Shown: positions 27,541 to 42,276, counted from the stretch's first letter. The stretch is DNA of 64,000 nucleotides from Lytechinus pictus (GCF_037042905.1 NC_087245.1:38876001-38940000), one strand, 5' to 3'. Program-made: numbers and translations. The notes: generated by a model from the letters alone, not told the origin.

Positions 27541-28059
27541 AAAGGATATAATCTGTGCAACTGAATGCAATATATCGAGATCAGCTTCACTTGGATTGCT
27601 TCAGATTTTCTATAAGACTATTGCAAAAATGACCATTTCATTTTTTTTTTTAATATGCTCATTCTTTTCGCAGGCTGTAAACCACCTTTCATCTCATAGG
27701 CCATAAAAAATAAACAAACAAAGGATAAAAACTGTGCAATTGACGCAAAAATATCTAGATCCGCTTCACTTGGATTGCTTCAGATTTTCTATAAGACTAT
27801 TGCAAAAATTACCATTCATTTTTTTTTTTAAATATGCCCATTCTTTGCGCAGGCTGGAAACCACCTATCATCTCATAGCCATAAAAAATAAACAAACAAA
27901 GGATATAAACTGTGCAATTGACGTAAAATATCTACATCCGCTTCACTTGGATTGCTTCAGATTTTCTATAAGACTATTGCAAAAATGACCATTTCATTTT
28001 TTTAAAACATGCCCATTCTTTGCGCAGGCTGGAAACCATCTTTCATCTCATAGGCCATA
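27541..28059. repeat. About 180-bp tandem repeat, roughly 3 copies
   Basis: Units start near 27541, 27721 and 27899 and share gcttcacttggattgcttcagattttctataagactattgcaaaa. Confidence 0.92.
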
Positions 28060-29860
28060 ATAATTTTTACATTCCCTGTAAATGTGGAAAGAGAAAACAA
28101 GGCCCGTCTTACACAGAGTTAGGATTGATCCAATCAGTCGTAACTCTATGGAAATCCATCAATGTCATAATTTTTTCTACGAAAAATTTGCAAAATGTCC
28201 TTTGTATGCAAAGGGAAGCACAGTGTATTTTCAAGAAAACAATGAATGCATGAATATGCAGCATAGTTGGAAAATATTTTGAACAAACATAAATAATAGA
28301 TGTTGATGTTGCTGGCCGTCCATAGTTGTGATTGATCGGATAAATCGTAACTCTTTGTAAGACAGGGACCTGAACTCCCAGTATAACTGAACCAATTGTC
28401 TGATCAAAACCAGGAGGGAAATTTGAGAAACCGCATTCAAATGTCAAGACCGCATCGGAAAGAATCTTTCTATGCATAAATCATCCTCCTCTAGAAATCT
28501 CAGTTTACAATTATATTCAATTCTGGGGTCCGTAGCACAAAAGTAAGCGATTAATCGTACGCTTGATTTTCAAGACTGATTGTACATTGTAGTCAATGCA
28601 ATCAATCATAGAAATATGCCCTACGATCATTGCTAAGCTTTGTGTTACAGGCACCTAGTGTGTCACAAGATGAGAATCACTCTCTCTCTCTCTTTCTTTG
28701 TACCAATTTCTAATAGACAAATGCAAAGAATCTTTACTTTAAACCCTGGACAGTGGATGAATCAGGAAGAAATATGGCATTTACAGAATTCCAGGGGTTT
28801 GATTTGTTGAAATGGGTTTTCCCTTTTGATTCCGCCCACTCGTACACTGTATATATCCTAGGTCACCCTTATAATCTTGAATTCTCACAATTGGACTGTT
28901 TTCAAAAGAAGCCCATGTCCAGATAATTTCAAAGAAAACCATGCAGGTCTAATGTTATTCATACTGATAAATATTGCATTAAAAATAGTACGTACCTGAA
29001 AATATCATTATAACTGACAAAAACTATTTTGAAAATGAAAAATAAAATATTGTGAACTATTCATTCGTCCAAACTGAATTAAGTTTATATATTAGTATAT
29101 TTCTGAGCATATTCTATTATCTAAATTTCAGCTTGCAGTAATGACAACAATAATAGTTGGTCAAAAAATCCATGATTTTGATAATTTTTCAGGGAGGTGG
29201 GAGAGAATGAATATGATTTATGAAAAGATTAAACTTGATCAAACCATGAACTTGATGAGGATTTACATTACACTATAATGGCAACTGATCATAAAAATCA
29301 AATTTAAAGGCCATTTGCACTGCTTAAAAAAAACATAAACCATTAGGGGCATCTTCATCATAATAAAGATATTTGAGAATTCTTGGGGGGGGGGGGAGAG
29401 GTTCATATCAATGGTGTATCAGTAAATAGTTTTGAAAATACTAAGTAATATCATGCCCCCAAAAAGTGAAGTGATATTGAGAAGTTGCACATTCATGAGA
29501 TTGCAAAACAGATGTAGCGAAGGCCAGAAGAAGAGACATAGGGGTGAAATTGTGAAGTCAGCCCCCCCTCAAAGAAAAACAAAACAAATAAATACAGCAG
29601 CTGAAAAACAAAACAAATAAATACAGCAGCTGAAAAGCCTTAGTCAGGGAATTTTCAATGTTATTTGGAAATGACTGCCTCACCATTGGGACTGTGAAAT
29701 ACATATTGCTAATCCTTGTGGGACCTGGACAGATGGCACTACCAGGAGTGTTAGCACAGGTTTTAACAAACCGATTCCTATGAACTTTGGATCTTCATGT
29801 CAGAGATGAGTACCGATACATGGCAAGGCAAACTAGCCCAAAGATGAATGTAACAGCAAT

Positions 29861-30350
29861 GGCCTTTATTCTAAGTCAGGTTAACTTAGGCCATGGTCTA
29901 AGTTAAAGTTATTGGAAGTCACACACTTAAAAATTGCATTTACAGCTTGTCTTCTATCTTTATGTGACTCTTTCCTCATGAGGAGGCGCGATAGCTCAGT
30001 CAGTAGAGCGGGGGATTCGTATTCTGGTGACCCGGGTTTGATTCACACTTGGTGCGCTAGTGCCCTTTGGTAAGGCATTAATCCTCATTACCAGGTCCTT
30101 CGGAGAGGACCTTAAGCCGTCAGTCCTCTGGTTGCTTGCTTACAAGCATTCATGCTTTCTTAGCAATCAGGTAAAAAATCCCCACCAATCAATCAATCAA
30201 TGTTTTCATGATATTGAAAACTATTTCAGTAATTACTCATATGAATGATTTAATTGTCTAATGAGCTGACAAATTGAACTTGTCCTTGAGGGCTACTTGT
30301 CCCAATTTGCTATCCATAGTTAAACCACAACCTGAGTTCAGAATACGGGT
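29861..30350. mobile_element. MITE interrupted by a SINE; uninterrupted copy in opposite orientation at 38472-38764
   Basis: Shared ends tattct(g)aagtcagg and cctgagttcagaata. Flanks align with the reverse complement of 38472-38764. Confidence 0.75.
29980..30200 (+). mobile_element. tRNA-derived SINE, family A
   Basis: A box TAGCTCAGTCAG, degenerate B box GGTTTGATTC, core ggtccttcggagaggacc, 3' hairpin, (AATC)n tail. Second copy at 43465-43683. Confidence 0.88.
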
Positions 30351-32006
30351 TCATTATTTTTTTTTTGGAGGTTCACTGGATGGTTGCTTTCTAGTTCACT
30401 GTCAGTGTTTTATGGAAGCAAAACTCAGATTGATGCCTCTATAGCTGCAAAACCTTACTAGAGTTCACAAATATCACCCAAATCTCTAGATAGCTCAACA
30501 ACCTAATGAGAATTCAATTTCAGCTTTGTCTTTGGTATGGTGTTGTGATATCTAATATTGACACTAACACTAAAAGCCTAACACCAAACCTGAAATTACT
30601 CACAGTAAAACTTTTTTTTCATGTGTGAATTTATGTGAAATAGAAAGGTATCAAGATATATAGAAAAAGTATCCATCTTCCTTTAAACAAGCGAAATAGA
30701 ACAGTGATGAACATACAATGATAGACTTGGTACATTAATTCAATTCTTTAAATTAAAAAAGTAATTCAAAAAATGAAAATACATTACCAGAAGGTGTAAA
30801 AACTATATTCACTTTCAAAATTCAAATAAAGAATGAGTAGATTAAAAAGATCTAATAACTTATTGGCTTTTATTACAAGGTTGGAAAGTTAGATGACATT
30901 CCGATATAATTCACATGATTGAACCAGTTACCAAAGCTTTAGACAGGCTTTTGGACTAATTATAGTTCAATCCTTTCTCATAAAAAAGGGGAAACCCCTA
31001 GAATAAGAAACATCTGTATATTTCCAATCAGTGCATGGGGAGATATGCCCAAAGCTAGGGGAAGGCTTGCATTCATCTCTCCCAAATACAGATGTGCATG
31101 TGAAAGCTTGATGCGATGGACACCATTGTTGCTTTTATTGAATTTCAAGTTTTCATAGCATTTTTTAATCAAATCATGTATTTATCCAATTCAGCACATG
31201 TGTTTCACATTTTCGTTCCAGATGATGCTGTTTTAAGAGACTTCTTATAAACATCATTGTCTTCAAACCAAACTTTGGTCCCAAGTCAATCCTAGGTTTT
31301 GCAATTAATTGTAAAATGGCGATCGATTGCTGGCCTGCTTTTTGCAAAAAAAAATTGTGCATATTAATATGCAGTAGATTATGCATTTATGATTAGTTTT
31401 CCAATGTTATCAGAATACTACTCATGGATTTTGAAGCTTGTAATATTCTACATTTAAAATGAGGGAATATTTTTTTTGTTTTGGGGTTTTAACTCTCTTC
31501 ATCCAGAACTACTGGTTCTCTCACTCTAGAAAGTTGAAAACAAATGCCATTTCTATTCTACAGACTAAAGGAAAAGGTAAGAATAAAAAAAAAACTTTGT
31601 TACTTTCCATCGAACAAAAGAAAAGTGCTTTGTTGAGGTGTCTGAATTGATCTCTCGATGCTGGATGCATGACTGTGAAATGTAGTTATTCCATCGTTAT
31701 CATAAAACAATTCCTGATTTGACACTGACAACTGTCTAGCTATCTTTATGATCTGCACATATTTGCATTTTCAATGGTTTGCTGTACTTATCTGTGGTTG
31801 TGTCTTGCTTCCGTTTCAATTAACATTGAATAACTGGGCTTTTCCAGACAAATATTATTTGATCGGTTATTGCACTTTAGATCTAAAATTTGATGTTACT
31901 GTGTACCAAAGCTATACAGATGGGAATATAACACCAATCAAGAGGGTTAATAACTAAAAGGCCAAAATTAAATTCAAAATAACGACAAGGGTCGTGTGGT
32001 CCACAA

Positions 32007-32269
32007 GGGTCGTGTGGTCCAGTGGTTAGAGCATTGGACTCATAATCGCAAGGTTGTGAGTTCGAATCCCAACTCTGCCATTGTCTCCACTTTGATAAAA
32101 AGGCCCGAGAGTGATATCTGTCGTCTATAACGTCAGCCACTATGACTGATTAACCTAGACGTAAAATGTTTCCTAGGTAATTGGTTATATACCAGCTTGG
32201 CGTTTACCAGCAAAAATGCTGTCCTGCCGAGTTCCTACGGGAGTTACCATAAACAGAAACAGAAACAGA
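32007..32269 (+). mobile_element. tRNA-derived SINE, family B, with a tRNA-Met-like head
   Basis: A box TGGTCCAGTGG, CTCATAA anticodon-like loop, B box GTTCGAATCC, (AAACAG)n tail. Arms pair poorly, so it is not an intact tRNA. 18-bp tandem duplication at the 5' end (31985-32020). Confidence 0.8.
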
Positions 32270-32412
32270 TATTTCATTCAGAATTTTACTTGGTTAAGTA
32301 TTTTTCTTTGAAATATAAGTTAATTCTTGAAAAGACTTATAAGTAAAGTATTTTTGTCTTGATTTCGTAATGCTAAGAATCGCACTAATAGAGTCCGCAA
32401 CCCCCCCCCCCC

Positions 32413-32443
<31 letters not shown>

Positions 32444-33097
32444 CATTGATGAAAAATAGTCTAAAATGCAACAATAAGACCGTCAAAAATTAAAAAGTGC
32501 ATGTGTTTTTCCTCACAAAAGTCACTTTAAGAAAATCAGGGAAAATGTTTAAAGGTTTAGATTGATGGGTGCAAGCTTTTATGGTTACCATCATGGGCTG
32601 CATGAAATTATATAGCATTTTATAGTTGAACAAGATATCAGAATGTTTTCCAGTGAGAATATTTTGCTTGAATTCTGCCTGATGTTCATTACTCAATTGA
32701 ATGCAACCCAAGAAAAAATATGGCCACATATGGCACAAAGTAATTTTTTTTAATCTTGTATGGAAGTGAATATCCTAACATCGGCCTTGACTTCAAGAAG
32801 TTGTGATGATTCTATCTCAACTTCAGATACATGTATTATCTAACTTCTATCTTACAGTTTTGGTCACTATTGATTTGAGTAATGCACTGCCTTTGATAAA
32901 AGAATGATGGTGTAATTTGAGATAATAATGTTGTTCTATTTTACATAGCATATTATCATGAAATAATTTTCATGCCATTAATTCCCTACAAAAGTAGAAA
33001 TGAAACGTATGATTGAATTTAATGACTGCTATATAACAAGCACAATCAAATTCAAATAAAGAAATACATTAAGATCTTGGCATTACACCATACTTAA

Positions 33098-33681
33098 AGG
33101 AAAATGAAACCCTTGGAACAAGTGGGCTTGTGTGGAAAGAGAAAAATCAAAGAATAAGATCATAGAAAGTTTGAGAAAAATCGGACACATAATGAGAAAG
33201 TTATGAGCATTTGAATATTGCAATCACTAATGTTATGGAGATCCTCCCATTGGCAATGCGACAAAGATGTGTGATGTCACATGTGAACAACTTTCCCTGT
33301 GAGGGACTATAAAATACCCCAAAAATGTCTCTTTTTGCTCTTGCTTATAGTGATACAAACTCTTTATCCATAATGTATTATTTAAATATCCATATTACAT
33401 GCCCTCTTATAGAAAGAATGCATGATCTACTGATAGATGTGATAAAAGAGGCAGTTTAAGTGAAATATATACTAAAGTAATGGGGAGAGTTGTTCACAAG
33501 TGACATCACACATCTTTGTCGCATTGCCAATGTGAGGATCTCCATAGCTTTAGTGATCGCAATATTCAAATGCTCATAACTTTCTCATTATTTGTCCGAT
33601 TTTCTCAAACTTTTGTTGATCTGTTTCTTTGATTTTTCTGTTTCAACACAAGCTATCTTGTTCCAAAGGTTTCATTCTCCT
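33098..33681 (+). mobile_element. 584-bp long-TIR MITE (Kolobok/T2-type), copy 1
   Basis: TTAA|AGG...CCT|TTAA with inverted arms of about 200 bp. Confidence 0.92.
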
Positions 33682-34554
33682 TTAAAACAAATAATATATG
33701 AAATAATTTAGATTATTGCAATATGATAGGATACAAATAATGCATTGCAGATGTCACTTGACCAACCACTCATTTCATTTGACCAATGACCAATGGTTTC
33801 AACAATGACTCAATATTATGAGTCATTGACAAATAACAAATTAGATTTCATAGAACATCAACGAGTCTATAATATGACCCTACTGTGTATGTTGTATCGT
33901 TTTCATATGAAATTTGCTGCAAACCTACTCAACTGCAAGTCCAGCAAGTCCTTTCCGCTGTTATAATACATTTCCAATTCGTTACAGCTACTTATTGCAT
34001 GAATAAAAGCCATTATTAATTGCTGAGTTTCCTGGTCACCTAATTGGAGCTTAATCCAATGCAAATGCAATCCAATTTTCCATGTACTGTTAAGTGGGGT
34101 ACAATAGTGTGTATTTAGGTGAAAGAATGAGAGAACAAGAACCAATAAACAGATGGGAGAAGAGGGTGGGGGGAGATGAAGAGGATAGATATGTGATGGA
34201 GGGGGTGATGGCAGGAGGAAGGAAATTAAGAGGAGAAAGATGAAAAGGGATGGTGATGGTGGTACATGAAAGGAATGTGATGATAGGGTAAAAGATGGAG
34301 AGATGGGAAGAGAAAGAAGAGAAAAAAGAAGATGGAAGGAGATTATATGAGAGAATAGAAATGAATGGAGTGAATATGAAGTGTGGGTGACGGATGAACA
34401 GAGGGGGTTGATTAAAAGATAGTAAGAGAAAAAGAGATAGTGATGATGAGCATGGATCGATAGACAGAGAAGGATGAATAGAGAAGGAAAGATGTTGAAT
34501 GAAAGAAAGAAAAAAATGGATCCATAGAGAGAGTAAAAAAGATATTGTTGATAG

Positions 34555-34700
34555 GTGATGAATGAATGGATGAATGATCAATCAATCAAATGAATGAATT
34601 ATTGAATGAATGAATGAATGAATGAATGAATGATTGATTGATTGATTGATTGATTTGTTGAATGAATGAATGGATGGATGGTTGGATAGAATGAATGAAT
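34555..34700. repeat. (GAAT)n/(GATT)n microsatellite after a purine-rich tract
   Basis: Directly visible. Confidence 0.9.
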
Positions 34701-36178
34701 GAGGAAGAAAGTACAGAGAGTGAATGATAAAGAGAGATGATAATAACTGAAAGATGAAGAAAAAATATTATATATGAAAATGAAATTTGATAAAGGAAAT
34801 ATTCATAGAAAGACACAAACTCTCTTTCTCTCTCAAATGCTCTTTTTCTTCTATGCTTCATTTGTTCTAAATATTAAACAAATATTCATACAATTTTACT
34901 TGAAAAACATGTAGTTTTACACTGTAGGTGTGAAATTTGAAGACACTCCTTATTGAAATTATGTGGGTATCACAAGTTTGTATTAATGCATAAAATTGTT
35001 ACATTAAAAAATAAAAGAACATATAATGAACTGAATAACTATCTCTTTTTAAATAAATTAATTCATCTTCCTTCACATAACATATGCCAAGAACAGAAAA
35101 CATCTTCATTCTGAGCAGTTAATAACATTTTCCTCGCATAGTTATAGACCAAAAGACCCAAACTATTTATTCTCTGCATGGAATTTATGATGGACATCAT
35201 ACAAAGAGTTGCCATTGATCCGATCAACTATTGAAAGCCAGCAACAGTCTAAATCTAAAATACATGTTTGTTTAGAATATTTTGTAGATATGATGTATAT
35301 TCATATATTCATATTTTTCTTCAAATTCAGTGTGCTTCTCTTTGTTTACAAATGACATTGTGCAAATTTCCTGAAGGAAAAAATCATGACACTGTAACAA
35401 TTGATTTGATCCATTGTAACTCTTTGTAAGACGGGGCCCAGAATATCACGTTCTATTGGAGCTGTACTGTCATTTATACCACAAATACACATCATATGAA
35501 ATAGGATTAATTACAAGTGATTAGGATTAGGACCTAAAAAATAGGTCAATGAAAAAAAAATTTGGGGTACAAAACATCAACAAAGAACATAATCTTATTT
35601 GTATACTACATGTAGTTTACTAATAAAAGGATGATTTCATTGTTTTTCATTTTATATGAATATTATTTTCTACCATTTTACTAATTTCTTACATTTACTC
35701 ATATACATGTATATGTATTCTGAGTCTATGATTGTTTTATTTGTCAAATAATAACAATATACCAATATATCAATTCAGACTACTGCATTGACAGGAGTGG
35801 TACAACAAAGTAAACATTTTATGAATTATCAACTTAAAATCAATAAAATGTTTGCCACTATTCACATAATTGCTGTGCTGGAAGAAGTTTCCACAAGCAC
35901 AGTTTATCTGAAAGAGCATTGTTCATCCAACGCAACTGCTCTTATGAAGGATCTCAAATGAGCTAGCCACGTATGTATTGCCCACATGCTTCCTATCCTC
36001 CTTTACCCACACACACACACGCACACACACACTCTCTCTCTCTATATCCAATACTCTTGATTGCAGGCCAGCATTTATCAAAGCGCACACGCTCCACGGA
36101 CCATGCTGCAAAGCGACAGCCAGGCCCATTCCCACTGAATCCCATCAGCGGCGGGCAAACTACGTTATGAGTATGTCT

Positions 36179-36192
36179 GTTACCACGGCAAC
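36179..36192. promoter_or_regulatory. Consensus RFX X-box GTTACCACGGCAAC in a CpG-rich unique island (about 35920-36400)
   Basis: Exact fit to GTNRCC-NN-RGYAAC. Confidence 0.5.
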
Positions 36193-37014
36193 TCCACTAT
36201 GTGCAGCTCTCCGAACAAGGACCTTTGGTATTTGACAAAAAGATCTTTACATTGAGCATTGCATGCGCTAGCCCATTAAGTTGTGCGAGGTATAGGGCTA
36301 TAGATCCCCTCTCCCTATCTTCACTCTCCAGCCAGCCATGTATCGCTTGCTGGCGTCTCTGCACGCATGGCAGATTTCCCATTTAAAATTTCATGCGCTA
36401 TTCTTTATAACCCCCCCCCCCTCCCCTCCATTGCCAATTGAGACTGTCCATCCAGAGAAATTATGGAATCCTCGGTAGATTGCCCGGTTGAATGTATACA
36501 TCATTTTTGCTACTTCGCCACAAATGTATCACTCTATTTTTATGCTAATTGTGCATTAATGATATACTTTTGGAAAAGTGCATGCTTATTCAGTATGCAC
36601 TGATCCTTTACTCATGTAAAAAAAAAAAGGAACTTGCGTAAAGCCCATTCATTTTACGGTCGCAATTAAATGGTGGCATTTGTCAGTGCTGGTGATGATT
36701 TATTGCTGGACAATTGAAGGTATATTTTTCTAGAAAATAAACTATTATAAGAATACATGATTTTAGAGCAAATGGAAAAAAGGCATAGGATGAAATAGAA
36801 GAGTACAGGAGGTTGTACTCTCAAAAATATTAAAGAAAAAAAAGACACGCAGCCGACCATACCCTAAATATCATTAACATCCCAGATAAACTGAAAAGTA
36901 TATTGATCCCATGCTTCAGCTGTCTCCTATTTCTGCAATGTGTGCAGCACTTCATATCTTCCACATGTAATGTCATTATAAGGGGGGATAAGAAATTGAA
37001 AAAAGTAGTGTTAT

Positions 37015-37106
37015 ATAGTAGTAGCAGTAATAGTAGTAGTATTAATAGAAGCAGCAGTAGTAGTAGTAGTAATAGTAGCAAAAATAGAAGTAGTAGTAGT
37101 AGTAGT

Positions 37107-37172
<66 letters not shown>

Positions 37173-37300
37173 AAGTATAGTAGTAGTAGTAGAAGTATAG
37201 TAGTAGTAGTAGAAGTATAGTAGTAGTAGTAGTAGTAGTATAGTAGTAGTAGTGGTAGTAGTGGTAGTAGTGGTAGTAGTTGTAGTAGTGGTAGTAGTGA

Positions 37301-37343
<43 letters not shown>

Positions 37344-37353
37344 AGAAGTAGTA

Positions 37354-37420
<67 letters not shown>

Positions 37421-37430
37421 AAGAAGAAGA

Positions 37431-37468
<38 letters not shown>

Positions 37469-37475
37469 AAGAAGA

Positions 37476-37510
<35 letters not shown>

Positions 37511-37523
37511 AAGAAGTAGTAGC

Positions 37524-37570
<47 letters not shown>

Positions 37571-37735
37571 AAGTAGAAGTAGTAGTAGTAGTAGTAGTAC
37601 TAGTAGTAGTAGTGGTAGTGGTAGTGGTAGTAGTAGAAGTAGTACTAGTAGTAGTAGTAGTAGTAGTAGTAGTAGGAGTAGTGGGAGTAGTAGTAGTAGT
37701 AGCAGTAGCAGTAGTAGTAGTAGTAGTAGTAGTAG

Positions 37736-37772
<37 letters not shown>

Positions 37773-37842
37773 CGTAGAAGTAGTAGTAGTAGTAATAGGA
37801 GTAGTAGTAGTAGCAGCAGCAGCAGCAGTACCAGCAGCAGTA
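37015..37842. repeat. About 830-bp (AGT)n microsatellite with GAA/GTG/GCA interruptions
   Basis: Directly visible. Source of the poly-Thr and poly-Val ORFs. Confidence 0.97.
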
Positions 37843-40404
37843 ATGAATTTTGCCAAACTCAAGGTCAAATATATTTTATAAGTACTGCAGATGTAACACT
37901 ATCAAAGTAAATTTTGATAGGATCTTGTCTACTGAAGATGTGAAAGTAGTGGAATCAAAGCAAGAAACACAACAAGAAATATCACCACAGATACATTCAA
38001 ATACAACCATGTTATTGATATACTCTAAATGATAAAAAGGCAGGGGTAGCCATGTTCAGTAGCTGATATTGTCTACTGTGAATTGCATTTTGTTTAAACC
38101 AACAGTTAGTCAGTTCTTGTATTATCTTTGTGGTTGGTTACATACAGATTTGTAGTGTGTGCAACTTAGGCTTATAAATGAAGGTCTTTTTGGCTCTGAA
38201 AGGGGAATAATTCAGAGTCATTTCTGCAGGATGCTAGATGTAGAAGGGAGGAAGTAAGGTTTGAAATGTCAGCAGAATGTGTTAAGAAGTACCCTCACAA
38301 TCTCTGTCACAAGATCAAGTATCTTACATTGGCCTTCAGAGAGCGGATGAGTCAGGCTTTATCATCCTCCTATGACAAGTGGATTTCTTCTTTATCTTCT
38401 CTCTCTCTCTCTCTTTTATTTCCCTCCCACCATCTTTATTTTTCTTTATAGTACCCTTCCTCTACCTTATCGGCCTATATTCTGAACTCAGGTTTAAAGT
38501 TGTAGTTTAACTATGGAGAGCCAATTAGGGCACGAATCTCTATCAGTACAGTTCAATTTATTAAGTCTTATGACACTAAGATCATTTAGAACTTTCTTAG
38601 AATGATACCTGAAATAGTTTCTTTATTATGAATGCAAAAGGAATCAAAATAGAAAATATAAGAAATAGATAATATAAGAAGAATTGTTAAGCTTTTGGCT
38701 CCCCATAATTTGAGGCCAGACTTAGACCATGGTTTAAGTTAAACCTGACTTCAGAATACGGACCATCATGTCGATCTCTTACCATGCTCTCTCTCCCTCT
38801 CTTTCTCTTATACCTCCTCTCTCCTAGTTCCCTTGTGTTTTCTTCTTATACTGTACCCCCTCTCTGAATCTCTCCCTCTCCATCTGTCTATCTATATCTT
38901 TCTCTTGTTCTCTCTCTCCCTCTCACCCTTTTTCCTTCAACTGTGCCTGTTGTTGTACCTTTCTCGACACAAAAACAGAAATACATCCCTTTCCCACAGC
39001 CCTTAACAATATCACAAAATATATAAAACATGAAAGCTTTGAAAAATATATTCTTATAAACAGTTGTCAACTAAATCTTTTTAGCTCTCCCAGAAACGGT
39101 CAGGGGAAACGGTAGAAGACCATTATGACATACAATGCTGTGTTTATAGGGCAATCATTTTCAAAACAATCTGTACTTAAGGTTTTTTTGTAACTATGAT
39201 TATAATGACATAGTCCAGGCTTGCAGACGGCATGCTGTGTGTATGGATATAAGTGGAGAAGGTCGGGTTGTAATCATTATGAAACCTCAAAAAAGTGCAT
39301 GCCCATCTTGCATCTGATGGGGCTTAGCGGCCCGATAACGATAACGCGTGACGCAGAAACAGCGTGGAGGATTTAGGTACCACTCACCCATAAAAGGTCT
39401 GAACGAATGATTACAAATGAAGAATATGAGCTAAATCATAATTCACCAACTTGGCGCGCAAGATCGTCGTAAATAATGACCAAGAATGCAAATTGAGTCT
39501 CGTAAAATAAATTTCTAAACTGTCTGAAAACAGGACTGTTGGTGTTAACCTTGAATTTACCTTGTATCAATCCACCATGAAAACATGCACATCATCTTAG
39601 CTGAAAATACATAGTTAATATTTATTTTTAATGATATTCTTACAAGTAATTTAATTTATTTATAATTCTCATTTGGTCTCATTTCATATATTTGTATAAT
39701 CTCATTTCATCTGCAATCAGGTCAGTATTGATGACCTATCGGCCCCTAATTCTGTTTGGTATTCATGGTGTAAATTTTAGCACAGAGGGTGTGGTCCTTT
39801 TAGAACAGTGTTGTTATTTACACCATACTCTAGGGTGTTCCTCTATCAATTTGTTAAAAAGCTCGACATTCAAGTGCAAGCACTGAAACAAATAGGAAAT
39901 CACTCTCACCTAGACTCATCACATACATCAAGTTAATAATGAGAATGATATCAAATGGCTATCATTTCGGCACACGAGATAGCTGTATCACACGAGCTCT
40001 GAAATAGCCCCTCGTTGTTGTATTCTGAAATGAGCAATATTCCTGTCCATGGTACCCCTGCATAGCCCTCAAGGCCATTCAATATGATATAATTAACTCG
40101 CCTTACACCTAGAGCAAATGATGTGGAATCTAAAACCACTATCTGACACCAACAATATATTTCTTTTCAAGTAGTCATTGTCCTTTGATCAGGGCAAATA
40201 ACATCTTTTCTGTCTATAATATTAGTGCTTTCATATTTCCATACTTTATCTAAATGAAAACATACATTTTCTTTTTAAGATTTTTACTATTCTCAATTGC
40301 AGTGGTGCATATTTTGTACATGTTCCAACAGAGAACAGAATGTAATGTTTAGATTCTAGAACACCACAGAACAAAGACTTTCTGAAATAATGAAAATAAA
40401 AGTG

Positions 40405-40745
40405 TATAGGGATTTTTTTATAGACCTTTCTAAGGCATTTTATTCACTTTATCATATCATTATTTCAAAGAAACCACAGTCTGTGTTGTCACGGGTATTT
40501 GTTTTAAATGGTTTATTTCTTATATTTGAAAAAGAAAGCAATATACTATTAATTAATTCATTCTTATCTGATTCTAAATCAATTGAGACCGGCGTGCCAC
40601 AGGGGTCAATTTTAGGGCCCTTATTCTTTTTCATGTGTATCAATGATCTTGTGAATTCTTGGCACTATTTTTATGTCATTTTGTATGCTGATGATGACAC
40701 TGCTCTTCCTGCCTCCAATAGTAATTTCATGAACTATATACAAAT
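40405..40745 (+). pseudogene. Decayed non-LTR retrotransposon reverse-transcriptase fragment (CR1/L2 clade)
   Basis: Motifs FIDLSKAF, GVPQGSILGPLFF..INDL and YADD in ORF 40390-40800. The middle is degenerate. Confidence 0.92.
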
Positions 40746-42276
40746 AATAATTCTAATCTCTCAAAAGTCGCAACACAAAAGACAAGAATCTAAATGTTAG
40801 AAGGTACAGATATATGAGATCTTCGCAAATGCCATGTCGTCACACAAGTCTGAATGTATCTTCCGTTTTGCCACAAGCAAGGTTGTATCAAAGAGAAAAG
40901 GGCAATGTCAAACTCCAACAGGGAGGGGCATGCAATGTTGCATTGTCAATTTACCCTATTTTCATAATATAAATAATGTAAAGGATGAAACCATATATGT
41001 TCTAAGCAAATGATGGCCTTCAGTAAGGCAATTGTTGTAAAAGGATTGATGACATTTCATTTTGTTCATTTATGATATTACATGTGCATGTATGTATAAT
41101 TTCAAGACTATTTGTCATTAGTGTTAGTTCCAAATTGTGATGATTTGACTTTATACACAACCAGCTTTTATCAGCTACATGGCAGGCTATGTAATATCTT
41201 TATTAATCATTTTGCATAATAATAATAACGCAGTTCTTGTATAGCGCATATCACATTATGTCATGACGTCCCTATGCGCTTCCAAAGAACTTGGATATTG
41301 CATGTATATCCAATCACATTTACAGTATGAGATCTATTACAATTTATATTTTTATATATTTACACACACACAAAACTTTGAATTCATAAATATGTTAGCA
41401 TTGCATTTTCTCCCATTATTTCATATTTGCAATTAATAACATTTAATATATGAAATACATGATATTCTGAACAATTTGTTTAAATCTCAACCCTCAAATG
41501 CATAACATTTCATAAAACTTTTATAATATTTTATAACCAGTGTTCAACAAAATATACAGATCCCATATCAAACAGTGCAAACACATAGAAACATCAAGTC
41601 TTCAAACTTGGCTGCATCATTTGTTTCAGAAAAAAAATAGTTTCGTGCCCAAACTGATTCGTGCATACATGGGATCATGGTTTGGCTGTATTTTGTACAA
41701 GCAGCGTGAGGACATTTATAATGTATACAAAACCACTTATCTTCCACACCATTAGCGATATTAGAGTCATTTTGGAACTCGTGTTGTCATGCACAGTATG
41801 AACTATTAATATGATACATGGTGTCATTCTGTTTTATCTATCATAACTTAGTTTGCAAAAATGGTAATGAATAGGTTGATGATAGTAACAATAATAATAA
41901 TCATTATTATTATTATCAATATAATCATTATCATTTTTATCATTAATTATCATTATTATTATTATTATTACTATTATTATTATTATTATCATAAGATGAA
42001 AAATAAAGCTAATGCTAATAATAACAAAAAGAATAATACAATAAATAATTCTGATTAAATATTCAAGTCTCCGTATTATAGAAACTCAAAAGCTTTTATT
42101 CATATATTTGTACAACAAATATAGCCGACACTATTCATGTTCTAACTACTCAAATATTATAATAGACTAAAAACAACCTTAAAGCATGATTACAATCGTG
42201 AAATACTATATTATTTTTCAACCAACCTATCAGCTGGTTAAAACATGAACTGACCAATGGTTTATTAAAACAAAAT

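Noticed and set aside
28985..29025. Recursive-splice-like site tattttcag|gtacgt on the minus strand
   Set aside because: Short polypyrimidine tract, and such motifs are expected by chance in 64 kb of AT-rich DNA. It would need saw-tooth nascent RNA data.
32007..32080. Functional tRNA-Met gene
   Set aside because: Acceptor, anticodon and T stems pair poorly, and it continues into a body and (AAACAG)n tail, so it is a SINE head.
36088..36108. REST/RE1-like motif (GCTCCACGGACC)
   Set aside because: Only a partial match, lacking the TCAGCACC and AGCGCC halves, and REST is not expected in this inferred lineage.
37011..37881. Mucin-like poly-Thr (285 aa) and poly-Val ORFs
   Set aside because: Translations of an (AGT)n microsatellite with near single-codon usage and frame slips.
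39380..39425. Possible microexon ttcag|ACCTTTTATGG|gtgagt on the minus strand
   Set aside because: 11 nt is not frame-preserving, and there is no protein similarity.
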